From: Thermodesulfobacterium commune DSM 2178
GTDB taxonomy: Bacteria > Desulfobacterota > Thermodesulfobacteria > Thermodesulfobacteriales > Thermodesulfobacteriaceae
NCBI RefSeq assembly: GCF_000734015.1
Contig: NZ_CP008796.1
Coordinates: 540,001-572,000 of the forward strand
Length of the DNA stretch: 32,000 bases
Direction: 5' to 3'
Of the stretch, positions 7,056 to 16,299 are shown piece after piece (position 1 is the stretch's first letter; each line of letters opens with the position of its first letter). The translations under genes were made by a program, and so were the position numbers. The notes beneath the pieces are model-generated. The model was not told the origin of the DNA and did not search any database. It saw only the letters and a list, made by a program, of their open reading frames with translations.

Positions 7056-8912
7056 ATGAAAGTTAAAGCCTTTATTCTTGCAGCTGGGTTAGGAACAAGA
7101 CTTCGCCCTCTTACCGAAGAAATTCCCAAACCTCTTGTTCCTTTGTTAGGTAGCCCTATCATAGAGTATGTTCTTAAAAACCTGAGCCAAATAAACCCTG
7201 CAGCCATAGGGATAAACCTTCATCATAGACCAGAAAAAATTTTAGCCTGGGCTAAGAGCTGTGCTTATAAAGAAAAATTTTTCTTCTCCCTAGAAGAACA
7301 GATTTTAGGAACAGGAGGAGGGATAAAAAAGGCAGAACCTTTTTTAAGAGATTCATTTTTTGTGGTTTATAACGGGGATATTTTTGCAGAGATAGACTTG
7401 AGAGAGGTGCTAAAATTTCATTTAGAAAAAGGAGCTTTAGCCACGTTGGTGGTTAAACCTAACCCTTCTGCAGATAAAATCTTTATGGATGAAGAAGGGA
7501 AATTTTTGGGAGTAGACCCTCTTTATGTTCCAGAACGATGTTGTAAAAAAACCGGTTTTACTGGTATAGCTGTTTATAGTCCTGAGTTTTTAAACTTTCT
7601 CCCTGAAGGTCCTTCTACGGTTTTAGAGGGTTGGGTTGAGGCGTTAAAAAAAGGTTATCCTATCTATACCTATGAGCTAAAAGGAGCCTGGTTTGACATA
7701 GGAACCCCTGCCTCATACTTGAAGACTCTGGTTTATCTCTTAAGAACCCAAGGAGAAAATCTATACGTGTGTCCAGAGGTTGCTACAGATGGGGTAGAAT
7801 TTCAAGGCTATGTATCGGTTGAAGTAGCCTCTCAACTTGAAAAAGGAACTTTTTTAGAAAACGTAGCGGTAATTTCACCAGAAAGTATTGTTTCTGGCAG
7901 GTTTAAAGACGGAATTTTAGGTAAAGATTTCTTTATCCAAGTCCCAAGAGAACAGTTTTTACCTCACTCAGAAGAAGGTTTTCTGATAGGTTATGGGGGC
8001 TCTGATCGGAAGTTTTACAGGATAAACGGTTTGGTTAAGATGAAGGTTGAAAGACTAAACGAAGATTTTTTTAGGACGGTAGAGTTTCAGAAATTTTTTC
8101 ACGATAAAGGGGTAAAGGTTCCTCATATCTTACAAGTTTCCCAAGAAAAAGGAGAGGTCTTTTTTGAAGACCTGGGGGATCTTTCTTTGTATAACTGGTT
8201 AAAAGGAAAAAGAAACTTAACTCTGATAAAAGAGATGTATCAAAAAGTGCTTGATGAGGTGGTAAAATTACATACTATTCCTGTAGATGATGCTGTAATA
8301 AATAAATTTAGAAAATTTGATTATGAGCATTTTAGATGGGAAACGCACTATTTTAAAGAGAAGTTTTTGCATTCTTTTTTGAAGATTTCAGATGAGGAAA
8401 TTTTAAAACAAGAGTTTGAACAATTGGCAAGGATATCTGATAGTTTCCCTAAAAACTTGATACATCGAGATTTACAATGTCAGAACATAATGATAAAAAA
8501 CGGGACTCCTTACCTTATAGACTACCAGGGTGCAAGGATTGGACCTCCGGGATATGACATAGCCTCACTTTTATGGGACCCTTATTATCAGCTTGAAAAA
8601 CATCTTAGGGAGGAACTTTTAGGTTATTACATAGAGAAACGTAAAAAATTAGACCCTTATTTTGAACAACAACCGTTTTTAGATAGCTTAATCTATCTAA
8701 GGATACAAAGACACCTGCAAGCCCTTGGGGCGTATGCCAACTTAAGTTTGTTTAAAGGGAAAAAGTATTTTTTAAAATTTATCCCTCAGGCCCTTATCTA
8801 CCTAAGAGAAGAAGTAAAAGAGTTAGGTTGGTCTGGTTTAGAAGAAATGGTTGATGAAATTTATGAAAAATTGATGGTGGAGCCGGTGGGACTTGAACCC
8901 ACGACCTCGTGA
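7056..8912 (+). CDS. Bifunctional sugar-1-phosphate nucleotidyltransferase (MurU-like) / APH-fold sugar kinase (AmgK-like) fusion
   Basis: N-terminal NTP-transferase motif LAAGLGTRLRPLTEEIPKPLVP and GTGGG. C-terminal kinase motifs HRDLQCQNIMI and LIDYQGARIGPPGYDIASLLWDPY resemble AmgK/COG3178. The ATG directly abuts the upstream stop (TAGATG). The last 38 nt run antisense through tRNA-Ala. Confidence 0.72.
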   Translation: MKVKAFILAAGLGTRLRPLTEEIPKPLVPLLGSPIIEYVLKNLSQINPAAIGINLHHRPEKILAWAKSCAYKEKFFFSLEEQILGTGGGIKKAEPFLRDSFFVVYNGDIFAEIDLREVLKFHLEKGALATLVVKPNPSADKIFMDEEGKFLGVDPLYVPERCCKKTGFTGIAVYSPEFLNFLPEGPSTVLEGWVEALKKGYPIYTYELKGAWFDIGTPASYLKTLVYLLRTQGENLYVCPEVATDGVEFQGYVSVEVASQLEKGTFLENVAVISPESIVSGRFKDGILGKDFFIQVPREQFLPHSEEGFLIGYGGSDRKFYRINGLVKMKVERLNEDFFRTVEFQKFFHDKGVKVPHILQVSQEKGEVFFEDLGDLSLYNWLKGKRNLTLIKEMYQKVLDEVVKLHTIPVDDAVINKFRKFDYEHFRWETHYFKEKFLHSFLKISDEEILKQEFEQLARISDSFPKNLIHRDLQCQNIMIKNGTPYLIDYQGARIGPPGYDIASLLWDPYYQLEKHLREELLGYYIEKRKKLDPYFEQQPFLDSLIYLRIQRHLQALGAYANLSLFKGKKYFLKFIPQALIYLREEVKELGWSGLEEMVDEIYEKLMVEPVGLEPTTS

Positions 8913-8949
8913 ATGCCATTCACGCGCTCTCCCTCTGAGCTACGGCCCC
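8875..8949 (-). tRNA. tRNA-Ala (anticodon GGC), CCA encoded
   Basis: Reverse complement reads GGGGCCG-TA-GCTC-AGAGGGA-GAGC-G-CGTGA-AT GGC AT-TCACG-AGGTC-GTGGG-TTCAAGT-CCCAC-CGGCTCC-ACCA. The G3:U70 alanine identity pair is present. Confidence 0.93.
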
Positions 8950-9022
8950 ACTCTCAAAGAACCAAATCGGATATAAAATAACCTGTTTATAGGTTTTGTC
9001 AATAGTTTTTACAAAGTTTTTC

Positions 9023-9688
9023 TTAGTCTTTTTCCTGTGCTTTTTGTAGGGTCAAATAGTCCTTTATTTCTTTTAATAACTGGGCTGGGTTTTTTATAGG
9101 ATATTGAATATGAGTAATAATTTCTTCTAAAGAGATCCCTTTTATCGAAAGCCCGGAGAATTTTTCTTTTAAAACCTCTGCAGTTTCTACAGGATATTTC
9201 AATCCTTTTGATTTTTTAAGGACTAAATAAGCCCAGGGAATTTCTAAGGTTTTGGCTATGTCTTCGGCTACCACAGAACAGTAGTGAAGCAAGGTCTGCG
9301 CGTCATGTCCTTGTTTGATTTCTTTGTAGGCTAACTTGGCGATACCTCCTGCGGTATGCACTTTTAACTCTTTCATTTCCTCGTTTACCAGTTCTTCAAG
9401 AGCTTTAATCTTTTGCAAGGCAAGCTCTGGGTCTGCCCTCAGGATGTTTCTAACGGTGTTTTTAGTTAAACCTACCTTTTCTGCTATCTCTTCATCGGTT
9501 TTTACATACTCTTCTTTTAAAACCACCACAAAAGCAGCCCTGGCTAAAGATGGCAACCAGGTAAGGGTTCTAAATTCAGCAAGCTTACTAAGCCCACCTA
9601 ATAAATCAATAGCTTTAAAAAACACTCTACTAACCAAATGTTCTAACTCTGCCTCAGAAACTGTAGGGCTGGTTATTTGAATAACCAT
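9023..9688 (-). CDS. Putative HTH regulatory protein partnered with the KaiC-like ATPase ('near-KaiC' domain protein); uncharacterised
   Basis: HTH-like segment TDEEIAEKVGLTKNTVRNILR resembles sigma region 4 or TrpR. A perfect SD AGGAGGTGA sits in the 17-nt gap after the upstream KaiC-like gene, so the two are probably co-transcribed. Confidence 0.6.
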   Translation of the reverse strand: MVIQITSPTVSEAELEHLVSRVFFKAIDLLGGLSKLAEFRTLTWLPSLARAAFVVVLKEEYVKTDEEIAEKVGLTKNTVRNILRADPELALQKIKALEELVNEEMKELKVHTAGGIAKLAYKEIKQGHDAQTLLHYCSVVAEDIAKTLEIPWAYLVLKKSKGLKYPVETAEVLKEKFSGLSIKGISLEEIITHIQYPIKNPAQLLKEIKDYLTLQKAQEKD

Positions 9689-9705
9689 AGGTTTTCACCT
9701 CCTTT

Positions 9706-10593
9706 TTATTTTTGAGAAATAGGTTCTTTTATCACTACTAAGCCGGTTTCGGTAATTTCTAAAAAACGGGTTTTGGTGTCGTGTCCGCACATCCTGCATC
9801 CATCAATCCTAAAAAGCCTTACTATTTCTCCGATTTCTTTTTTATACATTTTTGCCTTAAAGCTTGAATCGATAAGTTCTTTGGCTAAAACCATCGTACC
9901 ATCAACGATATGTCCAACGGCATAACCTCCAGCCGCCTCAGCGGTCAACTCCTCATGCCCGCTTCTTTTTTGAGACACAAAAAGGGCTGTTTGGTACCAT
10001 TTTTTCATAAAATTATAAAGTCTTCTTACTATATTTCTTGCAAGCATTTCCTTGGTTTCAAAAAGACCAGTTACTGAGTCTATGATCGTAAAATTAGCTT
10101 TATAATGTTGAATAACATAAGCTAAGGTAGCCAAAAGGTCAGGCAAACTCTCTCTAAGCTTGGTTGAAGAAGCAGCGTCTATGATGATAAGGTTGTCTTC
10201 AAAATCTTTAAAGTTAAAACCCATGGCATTAGCTCGAAGCTCTAAAGAAGCCGCTAAAAAGTTGGCAGGAGTTTCTACTGTGATAAAGGCTACCCTTTCT
10301 CCTTTGGAGGCCTGTTTTATGGCAAATTGCTCAACCATCAAAGACTTTCCTGTGTCAGATACCCCGGTGATGTTAAAAACTGAATAAGCAGGTATACCAC
10401 CTAACTGTTTTTTAACTAATCTTCCGTTTTCTGAAACCACCACATAAAAAAGTGGGTCAAGCCCTTCTATCCCTGTAGACACTCCATAAAGTTTAGGAGC
10501 TTTCTTAAGAGCTTCCCCTCCCTTATAAATAGACTTTAAATCTGGTTCCCCAATTCCATAAACATTTTCTTTTTTTTCTTGCATTTTCTCCAT
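9706..10593 (-). CDS. Single-domain KaiC/RadA-like (RecA-superfamily) ATPase
   Basis: KaiC-type N-terminal motif GVSTGIEGLDPLF...GGIPAYSVFNITG, Walker A GVSDTGKS, acidic ITVE after the beta strand, Walker B FTIIDSV. It has no DNA-binding, Lon or Zn-finger extensions as in RadA/Sms. 295 aa. Confidence 0.75.
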   Translation of the reverse strand: MEKMQEKKENVYGIGEPDLKSIYKGGEALKKAPKLYGVSTGIEGLDPLFYVVVSENGRLVKKQLGGIPAYSVFNITGVSDTGKSLMVEQFAIKQASKGERVAFITVETPANFLAASLELRANAMGFNFKDFEDNLIIIDAASSTKLRESLPDLLATLAYVIQHYKANFTIIDSVTGLFETKEMLARNIVRRLYNFMKKWYQTALFVSQKRSGHEELTAEAAGGYAVGHIVDGTMVLAKELIDSSFKAKMYKKEIGEIVRLFRIDGCRMCGHDTKTRFLEITETGLVVIKEPISQK

Positions 10594-10784
10594 TTTAGAC
10601 CTCTTTTTAAAATTCTGTTTTTTATATTAAAAATAAGTGTTTGACCATCTTTTTCAAGCCTTTTTAATTTAGACGATAGGAAGATTTGTTAAAAAAATCT
10701 TTTTAAGGTTGATTTTTTAGCAAAAAATGCTAATAAAACTTTATTTAATACTTATGTTAACTTAAAACTATAAGGAGGTTAACT

Positions 10785-12383
10785 ATGGAAGTGTTTTTAG
10801 CGGTTTTTCCTCTTCTGGTGGTCTTTTGGGGTATGGTTTTTTTTCATCGTTCTGGGACTTTTGTTTCTATCGTTGGGTGGGTACTTGCAGTTCTGGTAGC
10901 GGTGACTTATTTTAAAACCCCTCTTTCAGTAGCTTTAGGGGCTACTTATATGGGAATAATCAAAGCCTTGGGTATAACCCTGGCAGTGCTTTTTACGATG
11001 TTTTTGATTTTTTTGATGAGAGAAACAGGAGACCTTAAAAACCTCATAGATTATATCAAGGGTATTGTAAAAACCAAAGAAGAACAGGTGCTTTTTTTAG
11101 GAATGGGTTTTGGTTCGCTTAGTACTGCTCTTGGGATGGTTACTCCTGCGATGTTTCCTCCCATCTTTAGGATCTTGGGCTTTTCTCCGGTTGCTGCCAT
11201 AGCCATCAGCATCCTTTGTTATGACCCCCTTACCTCTTTTGCCCTTTTTTCTATCCCAATTACCTTGCCTGCCAAGGTAGCTCTTTCTTTTGGGATTAAT
11301 CCTTCTGGTATTAGTGGATTGGATGAATTTATCTGGGATTTTACCTTTAAAATCACACTGTTTCTACCGATCATCTCTCCTTTCTTTGCCTTTCTTATGC
11401 TTTACACCGTAGGAGGCTATGAGGCCATAAGAAAGAACTTTTTACCTGCGTTTTTATCTGGTCTTGTTCTTTCTCTATCTGCCCTTTTTTGTGCCTATAC
11501 AAGGATTTTTCCTGTAGAAATAATAGGGGTAATTTCAGGATTAGCTACCATGGTTTTTGTCTATTTTTACTACAGGGTGAAAAACGTATACGGCTCAAAC
11601 CAAGAAGAAAGGGTAAGGTTTAGTTCAAGTATCTTAAAATCTGCCTCTCCTTTTCTTCTTTTGATACTTTTTTCTTTTATAGTAAATCTTGCACCGGTTA
11701 AAACTAAGCTTTCCTCGTTATTAGGGAATCTCGAGGTGATACCTATTTTTGCAGACAAAAAGGAAGATTTGAACATACTTAGTAACGTTTGGTTTTGGAT
11801 AATGGTAGTCTGTATTCTTTCCATCGGTATTCTTAAACCTTCATCAGAGCAACTAAAAAAAACCTTTTCTCTTTGGGTTCAACGGTCTTGGGGTCCTTTT
11901 TTAGCCTATTCTCTGTTTTTTGCCGTAGCTTATATCATGGCCTGGTCTGCGATGGAGGTGGTAAACGGAAAACTCGTTTCTACACCTTATTTTAAAGACT
12001 ATAACATGGACCGAATAATAGCTATTTTTCTAGCTAACACCTTAGGTAGTTTATATCCTATCTCTGCTCCTTTCTTAGGGGTTTTAGGAACTTTTGTAGG
12101 AGGAAGTGCCACTGCCTCTAACGTTCTTTTTGCTAAAATCCAATGGGAAGCTACCCTTTCTACCGTAGGAGCAGGGGCTTTTATGTGGGTTTATGCTGCT
12201 CATTCTGTAGGGGGTGGTATTGCTTCAGCCATAACCCCAGCAAAAATCACCAACGCTGCTGCTACCATAGGGGTTAAAGGAAAAGAAGAAGGACAGTTTA
12301 TCAAAGCTGTAATACTTCCAGTGCTTGCAATAACTTTAATTTCTGGTATCTTAACGTTGATTTTTATAAACTTTTGGGGCTAA
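10785..12383 (+). CDS. lctP: L-lactate/glycolate permease family (LctP) transporter
   Basis: 532-aa polytopic membrane protein. The segment order and motifs align by eye with E. coli LldP, e.g. GMGFGSLSTALGMVTPA..., GFSPVAAIAISILC... and C-terminal FVGGSATASNVLFAKIQ versus LldP TGSDTSSNALF. SD aaggagg precedes the ATG. Confidence 0.72.
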   Translation: MEVFLAVFPLLVVFWGMVFFHRSGTFVSIVGWVLAVLVAVTYFKTPLSVALGATYMGIIKALGITLAVLFTMFLIFLMRETGDLKNLIDYIKGIVKTKEEQVLFLGMGFGSLSTALGMVTPAMFPPIFRILGFSPVAAIAISILCYDPLTSFALFSIPITLPAKVALSFGINPSGISGLDEFIWDFTFKITLFLPIISPFFAFLMLYTVGGYEAIRKNFLPAFLSGLVLSLSALFCAYTRIFPVEIIGVISGLATMVFVYFYYRVKNVYGSNQEERVRFSSSILKSASPFLLLILFSFIVNLAPVKTKLSSLLGNLEVIPIFADKKEDLNILSNVWFWIMVVCILSIGILKPSSEQLKKTFSLWVQRSWGPFLAYSLFFAVAYIMAWSAMEVVNGKLVSTPYFKDYNMDRIIAIFLANTLGSLYPISAPFLGVLGTFVGGSATASNVLFAKIQWEATLSTVGAGAFMWVYAAHSVGGGIASAITPAKITNAAATIGVKGKEEGQFIKAVILPVLAITLISGILTLIFINFWG

Positions 12384-13360
12384 TGATGAAAAAACCTCGT
12401 ATTATAGTCACCGGTGGAGCAGGCTTTATAGGGGCTAACTTAGTAGAAGCCTTAAACCAGAGAGGCGAAGACCGAATTTTAATAGTAGATCATTTAAAAG
12501 AAGGCCCTAAATGGAAAAACCTTTTAGGGCTTAAATTTTTAGACTATCTTCAAAAAGACGATTTCTTAGATTGTATAGAGAAGAATCATTTCTCAGAGGT
12601 GGAGGCTATCATACATTTAGGTGCGTGTAGTGACACCACGGTAAAAGATTTAGACTATCTTTACAAAAATAACTATCTATATTCTAAAAAATTGGCTGTT
12701 TTTTGTTTAGAACATGGAATAACCTTTATTTATGCCTCTTCTGCAGCTACCTATGGGGATGGATCCTTAGGATTTTCTGATGATGAAACCCTTATTCCTC
12801 GGCTAAAACCTTTAAATCCTTACGGGTTTTCGAAACAACTGTTTGACCTGTGGGTTTATCACCATGGTCTTACGAAAAAGGTTGTTGGTCTAAAGTATTT
12901 TAACGTCTTTGGAGAAAAAGAATTTCACAAAGGAGAGATGAGAAGTGTGGTGTTAAAGGCTTATGAACAAATCAAAAGAGAAGGCAAGGTAAGACTTTTT
13001 AGGTCTTATCGGCCTGAATATCCAGACGGAGGTCAGCTACGTGATTTTATCTATGTAAAAGATGCGGTAGAGGCTACCCTTTTCTTTTTAGAGCATCCAG
13101 AAATAAAAGGGATATTTAACGTGGGTACCGGACAGGCTCGGTCTTTTAAGGATTTAGTGACAGCTGTTTTTTCTGCTCTTAACCTTCCTGTAAACATAGA
13201 ATACATAGACATGCCAGAAAACCTAAGAAAACAATATCAGTATTTTACCCAGGCAGACATTACCAAATTGAAAAAAGTAGGTTATAATAAACCAATGTAT
13301 ACTCTTGAGGAGGCAGTAAAAAGTTACGTTTCTTGGCTGGAACAACAAAAACCTTTTTAG
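12383..13360 (+). CDS. hldD: ADP-L-glycero-D-manno-heptose 6-epimerase
   Basis: Near-colinear with E. coli HldD/RfaD: IIVTGGAGFIGANLV, VDHLKEGPKWKNL, HLGACSDTT, YASSAATYG, NPYGFSK, YFNVFG..HKG.M.SV, FIYVKD, NVGTG. I prefer the ATG at 12383 (TAATG overlap with the lctP stop) over the TTG at 12374 given in the ORF track. Confidence 0.9.
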   Translation: MMKKPRIIVTGGAGFIGANLVEALNQRGEDRILIVDHLKEGPKWKNLLGLKFLDYLQKDDFLDCIEKNHFSEVEAIIHLGACSDTTVKDLDYLYKNNYLYSKKLAVFCLEHGITFIYASSAATYGDGSLGFSDDETLIPRLKPLNPYGFSKQLFDLWVYHHGLTKKVVGLKYFNVFGEKEFHKGEMRSVVLKAYEQIKREGKVRLFRSYRPEYPDGGQLRDFIYVKDAVEATLFFLEHPEIKGIFNVGTGQARSFKDLVTAVFSALNLPVNIEYIDMPENLRKQYQYFTQADITKLKKVGYNKPMYTLEEAVKSYVSWLEQQKPF

Positions 13361-13363
13361 CCT

Positions 13364-14185
13364 ATGGGTATAGACTATCTGTCAGAGTTTCTCAAAAAAT
13401 TTTTTCGCATTCCCTCTAAACCTTCTGAGATATCTGAGATAGAAGAGGATATAAGAGAGGTTCTGGAAGACTACAAAGAAGAAAAGGTAGTTTCTGAGTT
13501 TGAAGAACGACTTATCTTAAACCTCATCAATTTAAAAGCGGTAGAGGTAAGAGAAATAACCATCAACAGACAAGATTTAGTGGGTTTTGACCTTAATTAT
13601 TCCTGGGAGGAAGTCTTAAACATCATCTCTCGTCATCCCTTTTCTTTTTATCCGGTATATCAAAATCACTTAGACAACCTGTTAGGGTATGTAGCTATCA
13701 GAGATTTGTTAAGAGGAATTAACCAAAAGATTTTTATGTGGCAAGACTGGATAGTCAAAAAACCTCTTATCATTCCTGAAAACATTTCTCTTATGCAGGC
13801 TATGGAAAAGATGTTAGAAAAACAGACAGACGTAGCTTTTGTGGTAGATCAACTTTCAGAACTTACTGGAATGATCAGGTTAAAAGACATCTTATACGAG
13901 ATTATTAAAAGCACCCCTTGCTGTCCTGCTCCAGACCCTCAAGGATGGTTGTTGGTGCCAGGCACGTTTAAGGTCAGAGAGATAGAAAATTGTTTAGGGA
14001 TAACCTTACCTAAAGGAGATTTTGAAACCATCTCAGGACTTATCATATATCATCTTAAACGTATTCCAACCTCAGGGGAAAGGGTTTTCCTTCCTTTTTT
14101 AGAGGCTGAAATCATAAAATCTGACGGAAAGAAAATAGAACTTTTAAAGGTCCGAAAAAAGGATGAAAAACTTGTTCAACCTTAA
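13364..14185 (+). CDS. corC: CBS-pair plus CorC/HlyC C-terminal domain protein (CorC/YbeX-like)
   Basis: CBS-pair region (VREITINRQDLVGF...; IPENISLMQAMEKML...VAFVVDQLSELTGMIRLKDIL) followed by a transporter-associated domain (GWLLVPGTFKVREIE...GDFETISGLI). It sits immediately upstream of lnt, as in the E. coli ybeX-lnt arrangement. Confidence 0.8.
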   Translation: MGIDYLSEFLKKFFRIPSKPSEISEIEEDIREVLEDYKEEKVVSEFEERLILNLINLKAVEVREITINRQDLVGFDLNYSWEEVLNIISRHPFSFYPVYQNHLDNLLGYVAIRDLLRGINQKIFMWQDWIVKKPLIIPENISLMQAMEKMLEKQTDVAFVVDQLSELTGMIRLKDILYEIIKSTPCCPAPDPQGWLLVPGTFKVREIENCLGITLPKGDFETISGLIIYHLKRIPTSGERVFLPFLEAEIIKSDGKKIELLKVRKKDEKLVQP

Positions 14186-15758
14186 TCTTTTTTTACCTAT
14201 CCTTTCTGGAATTCTTCTCACCTTAGCCTTTCCTAAATGGAACTTATGGGTATTTGGGTTTTTAGGTTTAATTCCACTTTTCTGGGCGTTAACCCAAGCT
14301 AAAAATTCAATTCAATCTTTATTATATGGTTTTCTGTTTGGGCTTTCTCATTTTGCTACTCTGGTTTACTGGATAGTATATACCCTAACCAGATACGGTG
14401 AGTTAAACTTGTTTTTTTCCATCTTTTTGCTTTTTCTTATGTGTTCTTACCTTGCACTCTATTATGCCTTAGGTTTAACCATAGCTTATCGATGTCATAT
14501 TTTTGACAGCCCTACTCTAACAAAGGGGTTGTTGTTAAGCCTTGCCTGGGTTGGTATAGAATGGCTTAGAGCTAATCTTTTTACAGGTTTTCCTTGGGGG
14601 CAAATAGGTTATATAGCTACTAACATTTCTTTAGTTTTGCAGTTAGCTGAAATAGGAGGGGTTTGGTTTTTAAGCTTTTTTCTGGTTTTTACCAACTATT
14701 TTTTGTTTTTGTTGTTCAAAAAACTCTCAGAAAATCAAGGTTACCTGAAAACTTTTTTAGGTCTACACACTTTGGGATTTTTTTTATTAACCATCTTAGT
14801 TATGGTTTTTGGTTTTTACTTGAAAACCCGTTGGGAAAAAATAATTAAGGAAGAACCAAAGAAAATTAAAGTAGCCTTACTTCAAGGGAACATTCCTCAA
14901 GAGATAAAAGAGGCAAAGCAATTGGAGACCTCCTTTCAGGTTTATAGAAATTTAGCTTTAAAAGTCCTTAAAGAAAAACCAGACCTGATATTGTTTCCAG
15001 AAACCGCTTTCAACTTTTACTTTCCCTATGAGACCAAACATACTGTGGAGCTTCTTCGGCTGTTAACGGACATCGGAGCTGAAGGAAAAAAATTTAATCT
15101 AACCCCTCGAATCGTTTTTGGTACCTTTCGGTTAAGCTATACTGAAGGCAAACCGATGGCTTACAACAGCCTTATGGTATGGGATGGAAAAGACTTTGTA
15201 GACTTTTATGATAAGGTAAAGCTTGTGCCTTTTGGAGAGTATGTCCCCTTGGTAGAGTATTTTCCCTTTTTAAAAAATTTTTCAGTGGTAACCGATGTAA
15301 TTAAACCAGGGTTTTCTAAAAACCTTTATGTACCTTTAGATACCGGGTTTATCAAGGTAACTCCTCTTATATGCTTTGAAAGTGCTTTTGGTGAGATTTT
15401 AAGACAAAGACTAAAGGAAAATACACAGTTGGTTTTTATTGCCACCAACGATGCCTGGTTTGGTCAAACGTCAGCCCCTTACCAACATTTTCAGATGGCA
15501 ATACTACGTGCGGTAGAATCAAGAAGGTTTACCATTCAGGTAGCAAACTCTGGTATCACAGGGGTAATAGACCCAACAGGAAAAGTCCTGATTAAAACCC
15601 CTCTTGAAAAAGAGGTTGTCCTTACCAACAGTATAAAACCGTTATACCACCCTTCTCTTTTTGTAAAAACAGGTCATATACTTGGGCTAACAGGTTTTTT
15701 GGTCTTGGTCTTAATGGCTATTACCCTTATTCTTCGCAGATTTCTTCCCAGCTCTTAA
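14163..15758 (+). CDS. lnt: Apolipoprotein N-acyltransferase
   Basis: Multi-TM N-terminal half plus a C-terminal nitrilase-like domain. Catalytic-triad contexts are LFPETAF (Glu), YDKVKLVPFGEYVP (Lys) and LICFESAF (Cys). Overlaps the corC end by 23 nt. Confidence 0.88.
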   Translation: MKNLFNLNLFLPILSGILLTLAFPKWNLWVFGFLGLIPLFWALTQAKNSIQSLLYGFLFGLSHFATLVYWIVYTLTRYGELNLFFSIFLLFLMCSYLALYYALGLTIAYRCHIFDSPTLTKGLLLSLAWVGIEWLRANLFTGFPWGQIGYIATNISLVLQLAEIGGVWFLSFFLVFTNYFLFLLFKKLSENQGYLKTFLGLHTLGFFLLTILVMVFGFYLKTRWEKIIKEEPKKIKVALLQGNIPQEIKEAKQLETSFQVYRNLALKVLKEKPDLILFPETAFNFYFPYETKHTVELLRLLTDIGAEGKKFNLTPRIVFGTFRLSYTEGKPMAYNSLMVWDGKDFVDFYDKVKLVPFGEYVPLVEYFPFLKNFSVVTDVIKPGFSKNLYVPLDTGFIKVTPLICFESAFGEILRQRLKENTQLVFIATNDAWFGQTSAPYQHFQMAILRAVESRRFTIQVANSGITGVIDPTGKVLIKTPLEKEVVLTNSIKPLYHPSLFVKTGHILGLTGFLVLVLMAITLILRRFLPSS

Positions 15759-16299
15759 AACCTTGGGGGTTAAAACCAAGAAACACGAGAAGCCTTTTTA
15801 CAAAAAAGTCTACCAGATCCTCTAAAGTCTTAGGTCTCTGATAAAAAGAGGGCATGGCTGGGAAAATAACAGCTCCTGCCTTAAGACAAGCTTCCATGTT
15901 TCTTATATGAATAAGGTTTAAAGGAGTTTCTCTTACTACTAAAACTAAGGGCTTTCTTTCCTTTAGCATCACATCCGCCGCCCTTTGAAGCAAATTTCTT
16001 GAAACTCCATGAGCAATAGCCCCTAAAGTACCCATACTGCAAGGTATGACCACCATCCCAGAATATAAAGAAGAACCACTGGCAGGTGGAGCTGAAATTT
16101 CCCTTTCCTGATAAACCTTAAAAGCTAAATCTTTTAAACCATTCCAAGAAGAGTTTAACTCTGCCTCCCAAACCTTCTTCCCTGCCTCTGTAATAATTAC
16201 CTCAGTTTTTACCCCTAACTCCCTTAGTTCCTGTAAAAAAAACTTAGCATAAAGCGCTCCACTTGCACCTGTTATACCTACTAAATATCTTTTTTCCAT
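15727..16299 (-). CDS. ubiX: Flavin prenyltransferase UbiX
   Basis: GITGASGALYA N-terminus, VVIPCSMGTLGAIAHG, LKERKPLVLVVRETPL. The 190-aa length fits the UbiX/Pad1 family. Confidence 0.88.
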   Translation of the reverse strand: MEKRYLVGITGASGALYAKFFLQELRELGVKTEVIITEAGKKVWEAELNSSWNGLKDLAFKVYQEREISAPPASGSSLYSGMVVIPCSMGTLGAIAHGVSRNLLQRAADVMLKERKPLVLVVRETPLNLIHIRNMEACLKAGAVIFPAMPSFYQRPKTLEDLVDFFVKRLLVFLGFNPQGFKSWEEICEE

